A DNA stretch of 32,000 nt, from contig NC_016070.1 in the NCBI RefSeq assembly GCF_000253055.1, positions 30,001 through 62,000 on the forward strand, given 5' to 3'. Below are positions 19,095 to 27,557 of the stretch, in pieces. Positions within the stretch are counted from its first letter, which is position 1. The number at the start of each line of letters is the position of its first letter. A program made the translations under genes and the position numbers. The notes below the pieces were generated by a model. It saw only the letters and a program-made list of their open reading frames with translations, was not told the DNA's origin and did no database searches. Origin of the DNA: Thermoproteus tenax Kra 1 (GTDB taxonomy: Archaea; Thermoproteota; Thermoprotei; Thermoproteales; Thermoproteaceae).

Positions 19095-20391
19095 CAACGA
19101 CGGAAAGGTCGTAGTAGTCGAGGACCCCTCGGAATCGGACCTAGAGAGGATAGCCAGAGAAAACCCAGGCGCACAGATAGTCGTAGTACTGAAGGAGTCG
19201 AAGGCGCCTCCTGCCAAGATCCCTAGAGACCTCCACAGGCTCGAGGTCGCCGCAGTTGAGGCATCTGGCGCCGAGGTAGCGGCCGCGCAGTTGAGGGCCC
19301 GAAGGACTCAGTTCTATATAGAGACTAGCAAGGCGGTCACGCGTAGGGAGCTGTTGAGGGGAGAGATCTTCGTCAAACGGCCTATCCCCCAGGTCCTCCC
19401 CGAGCTCTGCACTGCGAGGTTCGGCTGCTCTGAATGCGCCGACGTCTGTCCCTCGGGAGCTCTGAAGATAGTTGACAGAGAGGTTAAGATAGACCCCTCC
19501 AGCTGCTCAGAGTGCGGACTGTGTATATCTGCATGCCCCACAGGCGCCCTAGTGGCCCCATCCGCCGACGATGTAGAGGTAGCGGCCGCGTTGAACGCCG
19601 CCAGGTTACACGGCTTATCTAAGATTGTGTTCACGTGCTATAAGTCTAACAGAGTGGCTAAGGACGGCGAATACGTCTACAAGCTACCTTGTATCGGGGC
19701 GTTGGGGCCCGAGTGGCTCCTCGGAGCTATCTCAGTGGGAGGAACTGTGGAGGTCAGCTGTCCCGACCCGGGCTGTCCCGCCGGAGGGGCCAAGCCGGCC
19801 GTGGAGTTGGCCAAGAGGGTGGCCGAGGCCTTCGGCATGGCCGCGGAGGACGTGGAGGGCGGCGTCGTAGTGAGAGGGCAGAGGAGGATGATGGCGTTCT
19901 CGGGCGCGAGGCGGAGGGACTATATAGAAATCTTGTCGAAGCTTCGCGACTCCTACACTGGCAAAAGGGCCTTGGAGCTCAAGGTCTACAGAGTGGATGT
20001 CGACCCAAACAAGTGCTCTCTATGTGGCGTATGTTTCGCGAAGTGCCCGCAGAGGGCTTTCGATGTATCCAGAGACGGCGATGCCGTTAAGCTGTACCTC
20101 AACCCGCTCAAGTGCGTTGGATGTGGCCTATGTGAGGCGATATGCCCTGAGAGGGCCATAGCGGTCTCTAGACATGAGGCTCTGCCGGGCGATCTAGAGG
20201 AGAAGGCAGTGGACTATGTCGTCAGATGTAAATCTTGTGGAAGGCCCTTCGACACGATGAGGCACATAAACGCAGTGAAGCAGAAGCTGGGGATAAAGGG
20301 CGACCCAGAGTGGCTCTACCTATGCCCAGACTGCAGGCGCTACTACGCAGCTAAGAGACTTCTGGAGTCCGCTCTGAAGAGAAGCCAATAG
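19075..20391 (+). CDS. Polyferredoxin-type 4Fe-4S protein with a Cys-rich MvhD/HdrA-like segment
   Basis: Cluster motifs CSECADVCP, CSECGLCISACPTGAL, CSLCGVCFAKCPQRAF, CVGCGLCEAICPERAI, plus IVFTCYKS...LPCIGALGP...VSCPDPGCPAGG. ATG at 19081 is an alternative start. Confidence 0.85.
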   Translation: MRMRVLSNDGKVVVVEDPSESDLERIARENPGAQIVVVLKESKAPPAKIPRDLHRLEVAAVEASGAEVAAAQLRARRTQFYIETSKAVTRRELLRGEIFVKRPIPQVLPELCTARFGCSECADVCPSGALKIVDREVKIDPSSCSECGLCISACPTGALVAPSADDVEVAAALNAARLHGLSKIVFTCYKSNRVAKDGEYVYKLPCIGALGPEWLLGAISVGGTVEVSCPDPGCPAGGAKPAVELAKRVAEAFGMAAEDVEGGVVVRGQRRMMAFSGARRRDYIEILSKLRDSYTGKRALELKVYRVDVDPNKCSLCGVCFAKCPQRAFDVSRDGDAVKLYLNPLKCVGCGLCEAICPERAIAVSRHEALPGDLEEKAVDYVVRCKSCGRPFDTMRHINAVKQKLGIKGDPEWLYLCPDCRRYYAAKRLLESALKRSQ

Positions 20392-20495
20392 TTGAATTTT
20401 TAATAAAACCATTTTCTGTCCTTTTGGAGTTTTTCTCTCATAATATTTGAGTATTACCACATTACCTTTTTAAATTTATGTAATGTCTACTAACG

Positions 20496-20640
20496 TCCCA
20501 CGGCTCCACCGCCCCCGGCCTAAGCCGCCGCGGCTCCAACCGCGGCGGCGACGCGGGGATAAAGCCGGCGGCGTTGGACGGGGCAACCCGCCCAGCGCTG
20601 TCGGCCAAATCGGCGCCGACGGCGGGGCCGTGGGACACCT
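20496..20640 (+). ncRNA. Candidate structured noncoding RNA of unidentified family
   Basis: TATA-like tttaaattta at 20471-20480. Closing helix 20497-20509 with 20626-20638 (13 bp including one U.G), perfect 10-bp hairpin 20526-20535/20542-20551, GCAA-capped hairpin 20572-20584/20589-20601, and gtcggc/gccgac hairpin. Followed by pyrimidine-rich ctatctttctccgccctttatcttctccctc. Confidence 0.7.
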
Positions 20641-20742
20641 ATCTTTCTCCGCCCTTTATCTTCTCCCTCAACATTTTAACCCAGATGTTGTTCCTCGGAT
20701 CCATAAGCTTCCCACCGAGGGAGAATTAAAGGGCGGCGGTTG

Positions 20743-21492
20743 TTAAAGCTTGATCACCATGTTGTCCTCTGCAACAATCGCCGGATATCCGGAGTTTTTC
20801 ACCTCTAAGTATACTGTAGGATTGAATTTTTCGTCTATGTGAGTCAAAATGAGGGTGTTTGATCCCACTCTGCGGGCCACATCTATTGCTTGAAGCGTAG
20901 TAGTATGGCCGTATCTAACACAAATGTCCATGTATTGCTCGTTACATGTAGCCTCATGCACCAACACGTCCGCTCCTTGGGCCAGCCTCTCTATGGTCTC
21001 ACAGCCCGGAGAGGTATCGCCTGTGAAGACTATGTCGATATCGGCCGAGACCTTGAACGCGTAGGCCTCCTCTGCTGTATGATGACAAGCCTTAGTGGAC
21101 ACGACTCTAAGACTCCGTCCCTCCAACAACGCGCCCTCGGAAATCCGGCGTAAATGCACTTCATATCTTAGGCCTCTGAGTGTGTGCGGCGCGGCCGCCT
21201 TGAGAGTGTCTTCGACTATCTTGGGCGCAAAGATGTAGATCGGCTTTCTTCTATCTTCTATGTGCGCCTGAAATAACATCTCGGGCAGACCAAGGAAGTG
21301 ATCCATATGGCTGTGCGTTATAAAGACGTAGTCCACCTCGGTCAAAAGCCCTCTGTCAGAAAGCCTATAATGGCACCCCACGCCACAATCCACTAGAAGA
21401 ATGGTATCATCCGTGGTTATTAAGTTGGCCGCCCTCCATCTCTTGGAACCAGGGCTGCCTCCAGCCCCTGATCCTAGTATGGTGAGGTACAT
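20743..21492 (-). CDS. MBL-fold hydrolase, RNase Z-like
   Basis: LTILGSGAGGSPGSKRWRAANLI, VFITHSHMDHFLGLPEM, IVFTGDTSPGCETIERLAQGADVLVHEATC, LILTHI. Confidence 0.87.
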   Translation of the reverse strand: MYLTILGSGAGGSPGSKRWRAANLITTDDTILLVDCGVGCHYRLSDRGLLTEVDYVFITHSHMDHFLGLPEMLFQAHIEDRRKPIYIFAPKIVEDTLKAAAPHTLRGLRYEVHLRRISEGALLEGRSLRVVSTKACHHTAEEAYAFKVSADIDIVFTGDTSPGCETIERLAQGADVLVHEATCNEQYMDICVRYGHTTTLQAIDVARRVGSNTLILTHIDEKFNPTVYLEVKNSGYPAIVAEDNMVIKL

Positions 21493-21494
21493 GT

Positions 21495-22445
21495 CTAATC
21501 GAATAATATCGTCTCTTTTATAGAAAAGTCAACTATTTCCCCTACCTTGTAAGAGGCCGTGGGCGGCACTCTGGCCTTTATCCTGTGGCCATTGAAATCC
21601 AGCTCCACTATCTTGTAGGGGCCCAAGTATTCCTCGCGCAACACGCGCCCCCTCAGAGGGCCATCCCCTATGACTACGTGCTCCGGTCTGAAGCCCACCC
21701 TCTTGCCCTCGCCCATTCCTAACGCTTCGGAAGGAAGTAGGTTGCTCAGGCCAAGGAAGTTAAACACGAATACGCTCCGGGGTCTCGAGTAGAGCTCTGC
21801 CGGGGGGCCCACTTGCTCTATCTTTCCATTGTTTATTACTACAAGAATATCGCCTAAGGCCATGGCCTCCTCTTGGTCGTGCGTGACGTGTAAAACGGTG
21901 GTCCCCAACTCCTTCTGAAGCTCCTTCAGAAAGCCTCTGACCTCAAGCCTCAGCCTGGCGTCTAGATTGCTTAAAGGCTCGTCTAACAACAAGATCTTCG
22001 GCTCTTTGACGAGAGCCCTCGCTATAGCCACCCTCTGTTGTTGTCCGCCGGAAAGCTGGCTAGGATATTTATGTAATTGATCCTGTATGTTCAATATACG
22101 GGCTATTCTCTCTATTCTCTCTTGTATCTGCCTCTTGTCAAAGCCTCTGTTCTTTAGAGGCATGGCTATGTTGTCATAAACGGTCAAGTGAGGGTACAAC
22201 GCATAGTTCTGGAAGACGATGCCTATATCCCTCTCCCATACAGGCAGATTCGTTATATCCCTCCCGTCTAGATAGATGGCCCCCTCGTCGGGTCTCTCTA
22301 AGCCGGCTATTATTCGTAGAAGCGTGGTCTTGCCTGAGCCAGATGGGCCCAATACAACGACATACGACTTATCGGGAACCGTCAGCTCGTCTATCTTGAT
22401 GGTGAAGCCCTTGAACGACTTTTTGATGTTCTTCAGCAACAACAC
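21495..22445 (-). CDS. ABC transporter ATP-binding protein (CUT1/MalK-UgpC-like)
   Basis: Walker [11 protein letters not shown]-loop [21 protein letters not shown], signature LSGGQQQR, Walker [17 protein letters not shown], regulatory-type C-terminus. Confidence 0.96.
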   Translation of the reverse strand: MLLLKNIKKSFKGFTIKIDELTVPDKSYVVVLGPSGSGKTTLLRIIAGLERPDEGAIYLDGRDITNLPVWERDIGIVFQNYALYPHLTVYDNIAMPLKNRGFDKRQIQERIERIARILNIQDQLHKYPSQLSGGQQQRVAIARALVKEPKILLLDEPLSNLDARLRLEVRGFLKELQKELGTTVLHVTHDQEEAMALGDILVVINNGKIEQVGPPAELYSRPRSVFVFNFLGLSNLLPSEALGMGEGKRVGFRPEHVVIGDGPLRGRVLREEYLGPYKIVELDFNGHRIKARVPPTASYKVGEIVDFSIKETILFD

Positions 22446-22451
22446 GGTCTC

Positions 22452-24164
22452 CTAGGCTCCCCAGATTTTTTCAAGGTTCTTCCTGACCAAGGCCAGATAT
22501 ACCAACGGAGGCACTATACTTATTAGTCCCGCCGCGGCGACTCCGCCGTAGCTCATAGTCACCGGGCTCATCAACATGCCTATGTATATTGAGAACGTTT
22601 GGGCTCCGCTGAAGCTCAACGGCCGGCTCAAGTTATAGGGCGTATAGGTGAAGGCCAGCGGAAAGACTAATGCGCCCCATGAGAAAAGAAATGCGTATAA
22701 GCCCGCCACGCTTAATCCGTTTTTGCTCAGAGGCAGTATCACCTTGAAGAACGCCCTTATTCTGCTCATGCCGTCTGCCAGAGCGGCCTCCTCTATTCTT
22801 TTATCGAAATTAGAATAATAATTATATAATATCCATATACTATAAGGTATAGTCATAATGGGATATGTTAATACCAAGCCCCATAATGTATTTAAGATAT
22901 TTAATGACTTTAATATAAAATATAATGATACAATATACATTAATGTAGGAATTGACATTAAATAAAGAATATATGTAATAAGTTTATTGCCACCATAGCC
23001 GTGAATCCTCATGTGGTAAGCTGTGGGAGCAGCGAGAAAGATCGTCACAATCGTATTAATTACAGAAATATATAGACTCATTATCAAAAACGGCAGGCCG
23101 TTGCTCAAAGCATTTTGATAATTATCTAGAGCAATAGTAGTAGGTATTATTATAGGTGGAACTTGTATTATCTCCCCAGGAGGCTTTATTGATATTAAAA
23201 TGAGCCACGCTATGGGCGTAAGAACAAATAGGAGGGCCAACGTCAAGACCGTAGCGTGGAGAGCTTTTGGGGTCTCCCTCCGGGGCATCCACGATGGGAT
23301 GGGCATTTTGATGAACACCTTAGCCGATAAAGCCTTTACGTACATCAATGAAAGGGCTGTGCCTATTAAGGTCATTATGACGATCAATGTAGCTGAATAA
23401 CCGAACTCGCCTGCGGCAAACGCCTCGTAACTATAGTAGGCCAGATTGTCAAGAATGCGCGGGCCTGCCTGAGCAGTGCCAATGTAGATTGGGTCGAATG
23501 TGAAGAAACCTGTCAGAGCCGTGAGAATAAACGCGGTCAATATCTGGGGAGATATAAGAGGTAGATCTATCGCTAGGAACTTTCTAGGCCCTGTCAAGCC
23601 GTCTGCCAGAGCGGCCTCGTCGACTGACCTAGAGAGAGCTCTAAGGCCCGAGTATATTATCAAAACCGCTGTGGGATACGACCTCCATACATCTATCAAC
23701 ACCACGGTCCATACTGAGGAGATCGGATTGGTCTTGATTAGCCCATACTCCATAAGATAGTAGCCCAGGCCGTAAAGCGGATTGATTAATAGATACCAAG
23801 CCATTGCTGCGGTGACCGGAGGGATGAAGGCCGGTATCATCAAAAGAAATAGCCATCTTCCACCGAGCCTTTTGAGGGCCAGTGCCGTGGGAATCGCCAA
23901 GATAACCGCTATTGCGGGCGTCGCCAAAGAATATAGTATCGTGTTGCCTACTATCAATGGGCCGTAGGGATCCCTCTCGAAGAGCCATATATAGTTTCCG
24001 AGACCAACCCACTTCAACGTGCCCTCGTAAGTTCTTTCATAGAAGCTTAAAATTATATTACTTATTATTGGATATATAGTCATCAAAAAAAGATAGATTA
24101 TAGAAGGTATAGCCAAAAAAATTATTTGTTTATCTTTCATGAAACTTTCATTATATTTAGCCAA
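22452..24164 (-). CDS. Fused ABC transporter permease (MalF-like half plus MalG-like half in one ORF)
   Basis: Two EAA loops in the same ORF: DEAALADGLTGPRKFLAIDLPL and EEAALADGMSRIRAFFKVILPL, each in a hydrophobic half with its own N-terminal segment. MKDKQ start at 24140 is an alternative. Confidence 0.9.
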   Translation of the reverse strand: MAKYNESFMKDKQIIFLAIPSIIYLFLMTIYPIISNIILSFYERTYEGTLKWVGLGNYIWLFERDPYGPLIVGNTILYSLATPAIAVILAIPTALALKRLGGRWLFLLMIPAFIPPVTAAMAWYLLINPLYGLGYYLMEYGLIKTNPISSVWTVVLIDVWRSYPTAVLIIYSGLRALSRSVDEAALADGLTGPRKFLAIDLPLISPQILTAFILTALTGFFTFDPIYIGTAQAGPRILDNLAYYSYEAFAAGEFGYSATLIVIMTLIGTALSLMYVKALSAKVFIKMPIPSWMPRRETPKALHATVLTLALLFVLTPIAWLILISIKPPGEIIQVPPIIIPTTIALDNYQNALSNGLPFLIMSLYISVINTIVTIFLAAPTAYHMRIHGYGGNKLITYILYLMSIPTLMYIVSLYFILKSLNILNTLWGLVLTYPIMTIPYSIWILYNYYSNFDKRIEEAALADGMSRIRAFFKVILPLSKNGLSVAGLYAFLFSWGALVFPLAFTYTPYNLSRPLSFSGAQTFSIYIGMLMSPVTMSYGGVAAAGLISIVPPLVYLALVRKNLEKIWGA

Positions 24165-25633
24165 GTATTGTATATATTGAGTTGCGTTGTCTCGGCATCT
24201 TGTTGGCCCCTTAGGTAGTTGGCCACCTGGTTTATGAAATATGGCCTAAGATCAGTAAAGAAGTTGGTAACTCTGTTGACTAAGGTCAAACGTTGGATAT
24301 CAGTAACATTTGCCCCGGCCTTAAGGAGAGGTACGAAGGGCCTCAGCCAGCTCATCGAGGGTACTTGTGAGGCTGCCTCTATGCCGCTGATTGTGGCTGG
24401 AACGAAGCCCACTTTCTCGGCGCCTAACTTGTACATCTCAGGCGATATCAAGAAGGCAATAAATTGGGCCGCAAGATCGGGGTTTTTGGCATACGGGTTA
24501 ATCCCTATAAAGGTAGGCGCCAAGCCGGTGCCGTAGGGGTTTCTGCCCCCAGGGAGGGGGGCTATCGCTATATCGCCTGCTACCTTAGATATTGAGGCGT
24601 TGTTATATATAGGTATAAAGCTGGTCCACGCGGCCACCATGGCGTAATCACCGGTGAGAAAGAGGTCCCTTAGCTGGTCGTACTCCATGGCTTGGACAGT
24701 TATAGGCGGCTGGAACTGTACCAATTTCTTGTACGTCCTTAGGGCTTGGAGAAACGATGGACACCCCACAGTTATGTTGATGGCGCCATTGGCGGTATAT
24801 CTAAAGTAGGCCCAGTAACCCTGTGTCGGAACGGCGCCTTTGGCGACATCGGCAGGTATACCTACGCATGAGTCGTTTAATGCATAAGTATAGAATACCG
24901 TGATAAAGCCGTTGAATATAGCTTGTTGTAGCCCATCTGGGAACAATAATGCGTATTTGGCAACGTGTTTAGACTGGAGAAACTCTGCCGCGTCTATGAG
25001 CTGGTTCCATGAGGACCACGTAAGTGGGTTTAGATCAAACCCATACTCTTGTTTGAACTCAGCCTGTAGAGTTGCGTTGTCAAAGATAGACTTTCTGTAA
25101 ACTAAGACGTAGCCGAAAACCATTTGGAACGGGACTCCGAAGATCTTCGTAATAGTGCCGTTCCTAGATACCATAACAACCGATACTAGAGCGCTCATCG
25201 GTATGTCGGACTTATTGAAGAGGCCGCTGTTGAAGTAGGGTCTCAGATCGGCGAGGTAGGGGCCCAGAGTTGAGGCTTGTGAGGGGTAGAATATTATTAG
25301 AGATGGATCAGGGTTTTTGTTCTGGAGCGCGGTTAAGGCCGTCTGCACCATCTGGCCAAACGGCACAGGCTCTATTATTACCTTGACGTTTGGGTACTTC
25401 TTCATAAACTCGTTGGCGGCTAGCTGTATGTAGGGCATCAACGTTGGGTCGCCTGTAGGGACAAGCACGGTAAGCGTGCCAGAGACTTGAGCTGTCGTGG
25501 ACTGAGTCTGGGGCGCAGGCGCCGAGGGGGCGCTTTGAGCTTGGTAAAACCATAGCACTGTTGCTGCTACGGCTACTACGACTATGGCAACTACAATATA
25601 GATCGCTAAGCTCCGACGCATATGATAAACCAT
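24137..25633 (-). CDS. ABC transporter extracellular solute-binding protein
   Basis: N-terminal hydrophobic anchor RRSLAIYIVVAIVVVAVAATVLWFY, PQTQSTTAQ linker, then SGTLTVLVPTGDPTLMPYIQLAANEFMKKYPNVKVIIEPVPFGQM. ORF track start is 25669; starts at 25633 or 25621 fit the hydrophobic N-terminus better. Confidence 0.92.
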   Translation of the reverse strand: MVYHMRRSLAIYIVVAIVVVAVAATVLWFYQAQSAPSAPAPQTQSTTAQVSGTLTVLVPTGDPTLMPYIQLAANEFMKKYPNVKVIIEPVPFGQMVQTALTALQNKNPDPSLIIFYPSQASTLGPYLADLRPYFNSGLFNKSDIPMSALVSVVMVSRNGTITKIFGVPFQMVFGYVLVYRKSIFDNATLQAEFKQEYGFDLNPLTWSSWNQLIDAAEFLQSKHVAKYALLFPDGLQQAIFNGFITVFYTYALNDSCVGIPADVAKGAVPTQGYWAYFRYTANGAINITVGCPSFLQALRTYKKLVQFQPPITVQAMEYDQLRDLFLTGDYAMVAAWTSFIPIYNNASISKVAGDIAIAPLPGGRNPYGTGLAPTFIGINPYAKNPDLAAQFIAFLISPEMYKLGAEKVGFVPATISGIEAASQVPSMSWLRPFVPLLKAGANVTDIQRLTLVNRVTNFFTDLRPYFINQVANYLRGQQDAETTQLNIYNTWLNIMKVS

Positions 25634-25680
25634 AATGTTATTTATAACAATTGAACTTAAGCAGAACAAGTAGTAATTAC

Positions 25681-25777
25681 GCCGGCCTGATTATGGGGCA
25701 GCTCGGGATCTGCTATAGGCCAACCGGGCCTTGGAGGCCCGGCTGGTCGTTGCGCCAGTCAAGCCCGTCCGCCGGCC
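25681..25777 (+). ncRNA. Candidate structured intergenic RNA (strand uncertain)
   Basis: Terminal GCCGGC/GCCGGC can pair; internal hairpin 25720-25730 with 25736-25746 (10 of 11 pairs, loop ttgga); weak TATA-like acttaag about 26 nt upstream. Confidence 0.35.
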
Positions 25778-25842
25778 ATATTAGTTCTAACTTTTTAAAT
25801 AGGAGGCTTAATGAGGCAGAGTGTCGTCTCACTGCGGCAGAC

Positions 25843-26601
25843 ATGAGGGCGGGCGTAATAGATGCAGTCCGTAAGGCTGTAGGAGAGATCATCGGCGTAT
25901 ACGATGCGCCCGACTGGCTGATTGGAGACCTAATAGGCGATCTGGGATCTTGGGACTATGTCGACGAGGTTCTCGCGCGCCGCCTAGTCGAGCTGAACTC
26001 GCCCAAGCTCTTCGAGGCGTTCAAACGCAACCTTCAGCAGTTCAGGCCGGGCCGCTCTAGCATAAGAAAGGCAGCGCCCTATCTTGTCGCAGAGTTGGCA
26101 GAGAACGCCGGCTTCAAGCCCTCCTTCATTAGACTGTTCGGCGTCGTTCTCCCGGCCGTTTATAGGGGCGGCGGCCTCTACACGCCGCTGGTCCCCGTGG
26201 TCGAAGCAAGAAAGCCTGTGCTAAACTTGCTCACGACGATCTCTAAGTATCCAGGCGCAAGCGTCGTCCTATCCTCTGTGGACAAAGTGCCGGGGCTCAG
26301 ATTAGAGATAAGGAGATTGCACAAGGCGCCGTTCTACTACGCCATCGCCGACGGTCTCGCAGACGCAGTGGAGAGGGCAGGCGCGCTGAGGGCTCCGAGG
26401 GACGGAGCCGGCGAGAGGCTGTACTCCTTCTGGAGCGAGCACAGAAGGAGGGGCTTCCTCGTCGTGCCGGGGAGGGAGGTGGCCGGCTACGTGGTGGACA
26501 TGCTGGCCGTGGGCTTGGGGAGATACGGCGCCGTGGTCAAGGCCAGTAGAAGGAAGATAAACAGACTCTCCAAATATCTAGACGCCGTCTACGAGCTCTG
26601 A
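25843..26601 (+). CDS. Hypothetical protein
   Basis: Long ORF; in-frame upstream part (25651-25842) overlaps the structured intergenic region and looks noncoding. ATG at 25843 follows TATA-like ctttttaaatagg at about 25790-25800. Confidence 0.7.
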   Translation: MRAGVIDAVRKAVGEIIGVYDAPDWLIGDLIGDLGSWDYVDEVLARRLVELNSPKLFEAFKRNLQQFRPGRSSIRKAAPYLVAELAENAGFKPSFIRLFGVVLPAVYRGGGLYTPLVPVVEARKPVLNLLTTISKYPGASVVLSSVDKVPGLRLEIRRLHKAPFYYAIADGLADAVERAGALRAPRDGAGERLYSFWSEHRRRGFLVVPGREVAGYVVDMLAVGLGRYGAVVKASRRKINRLSKYLDAVYEL

Positions 26602-26876
26602 GCTTTCGCGGCGGCCGCCCTCCGCTCCCTAATGGACTTGATCCTCCTCTCGTTGAGATCTAAGTGGAAGGAGAGCTCCTCTATTGCGTATTTATTCGCC
26701 ACCTCCCTTCCCTGTTTGATCAACGTCTCGGCGTCGTCCAACCTGCGCTCTGCGATCAGCGACTGCACTTGGTATACGATACACTCGACGAGCTTCTCCT
26801 TGAACTCAAGCGCCTTGGCCTTGTTCCCCTCCCTCTCGGCCCACGCCATCAGCCTCTCCCATCTCTCACATGCCAT
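26589..26876 (-). CDS. Small helical hypothetical protein (95 aa)
   Basis: ORF with strongly helical, charged composition; ends overlap convergently with the preceding ORF; TATA-like tttataaattt upstream on the minus strand. Confidence 0.6.
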   Translation of the reverse strand: MACERWERLMAWAEREGNKAKALEFKEKLVECIVYQVQSLIAERRLDDAETLIKQGREVANKYAIEELSFHLDLNERRIKSIRERRAAAAKAQSS

Positions 26877-26930
26877 AGCCCCCCAGAAGGCCCAGTTTAT
26901 AAATTTAGAGCGTTGAAGTCCTCCTACCGG

Positions 26931-27434
26931 TCAGAGGACCATCAGTTGCGACTTGATCTTCAGGATCTTTGTATAGACGTCCTCCAGGCCTAGCCTCTTG
27001 GCCGTCTTGGCGGCCTTGACCAGCTGTCTGTTCAATTTGTTGATATATTCAGGGTTTTTTATGACCATGCCAGCCATAAGTTTCCTGATGTAGTCTTCGG
27101 CGTCTTGCACGACCCTGTGCACCTCTTGTATCGCGAGCTCCATATCTAGCTCATCGACGACCGCCTTGCCCCCCTTTGCCACATTGATGTTGAGTATTAT
27201 GGGCTCCACGAGGACGCGCCTTTCCGGCCTCACTATATTATATTTCCCCATTAAGTAGCCTGCTATTAAATATCTGACGAGCTCCGAGACTCCCTCCAAG
27301 CCCTCCCTCTTCGCCAACTCCTCCAGGACGGACTTCACCTTTTTGTGGACGCGGACAGACACTATGGACCCCTCCTTGTCGGGAGCGCTGAAAAGCTCGT
27401 CGTACGTGAGATCGAACTGTTTGATCTCGTTCAT
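26931..27434 (-). CDS. Hypothetical protein with ribbon-helix-helix-like segment
   Basis: SIVSVRVHKKVKSVLEELAKREGLEGVSELVRYLIAGYL resembles an RHH (CopG/MetJ-like) core, followed by an extended helical C-terminus. Confidence 0.65.
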   Translation of the reverse strand: MNEIKQFDLTYDELFSAPDKEGSIVSVRVHKKVKSVLEELAKREGLEGVSELVRYLIAGYLMGKYNIVRPERRVLVEPIILNINVAKGGKAVVDELDMELAIQEVHRVVQDAEDYIRKLMAGMVIKNPEYINKLNRQLVKAAKTAKRLGLEDVYTKILKIKSQLMVL

Positions 27435-27557
27435 GATTTAGGGGCCAGCCAGTTATAAACCTACATCCCTTAAGATGAATCAAACTCCTGATTTTACGGG
27501 CGCTAAACGCTGTCTTTATAAATCGGCGGAGAGGACAAAGATAAATAGGCGCTGGGA

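Noticed and set aside
20496-20640. Assignment of the structured RNA to RNase P, SRP or 5S rRNA.
   Set aside because: I could not find the RNase P CR-I/CR-V signatures, the SRP helix 8 motif or the 5S CCGAAC region by eye; left unassigned pending Rfam.
20483-20746. 87-aa ORF MSTNVPRLHRPRPKPPRLQPRRRR...
   Set aside because: It lies over the highly paired candidate ncRNA; the Pro/Arg-rich product is what reading through GC-rich stems would give, and it runs into the RNase Z-like gene.
25651-25842. N-terminal extension of the 316-aa ORF (MNLSRTSSNYAGLIMGQLG...).
   Set aside because: It crosses the hairpin region and lies upstream of the TATA-like box at about 25790-25800; the ATG at 25843 is the better start.
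26918-26939. Short hairpin gtcctc-ctaccggtca-gaggac near the end of the RHH-like gene.
   Set aside because: Only 6 bp, overlapping the coding 3' end, without an adjacent T-run; expected by chance at this GC content.
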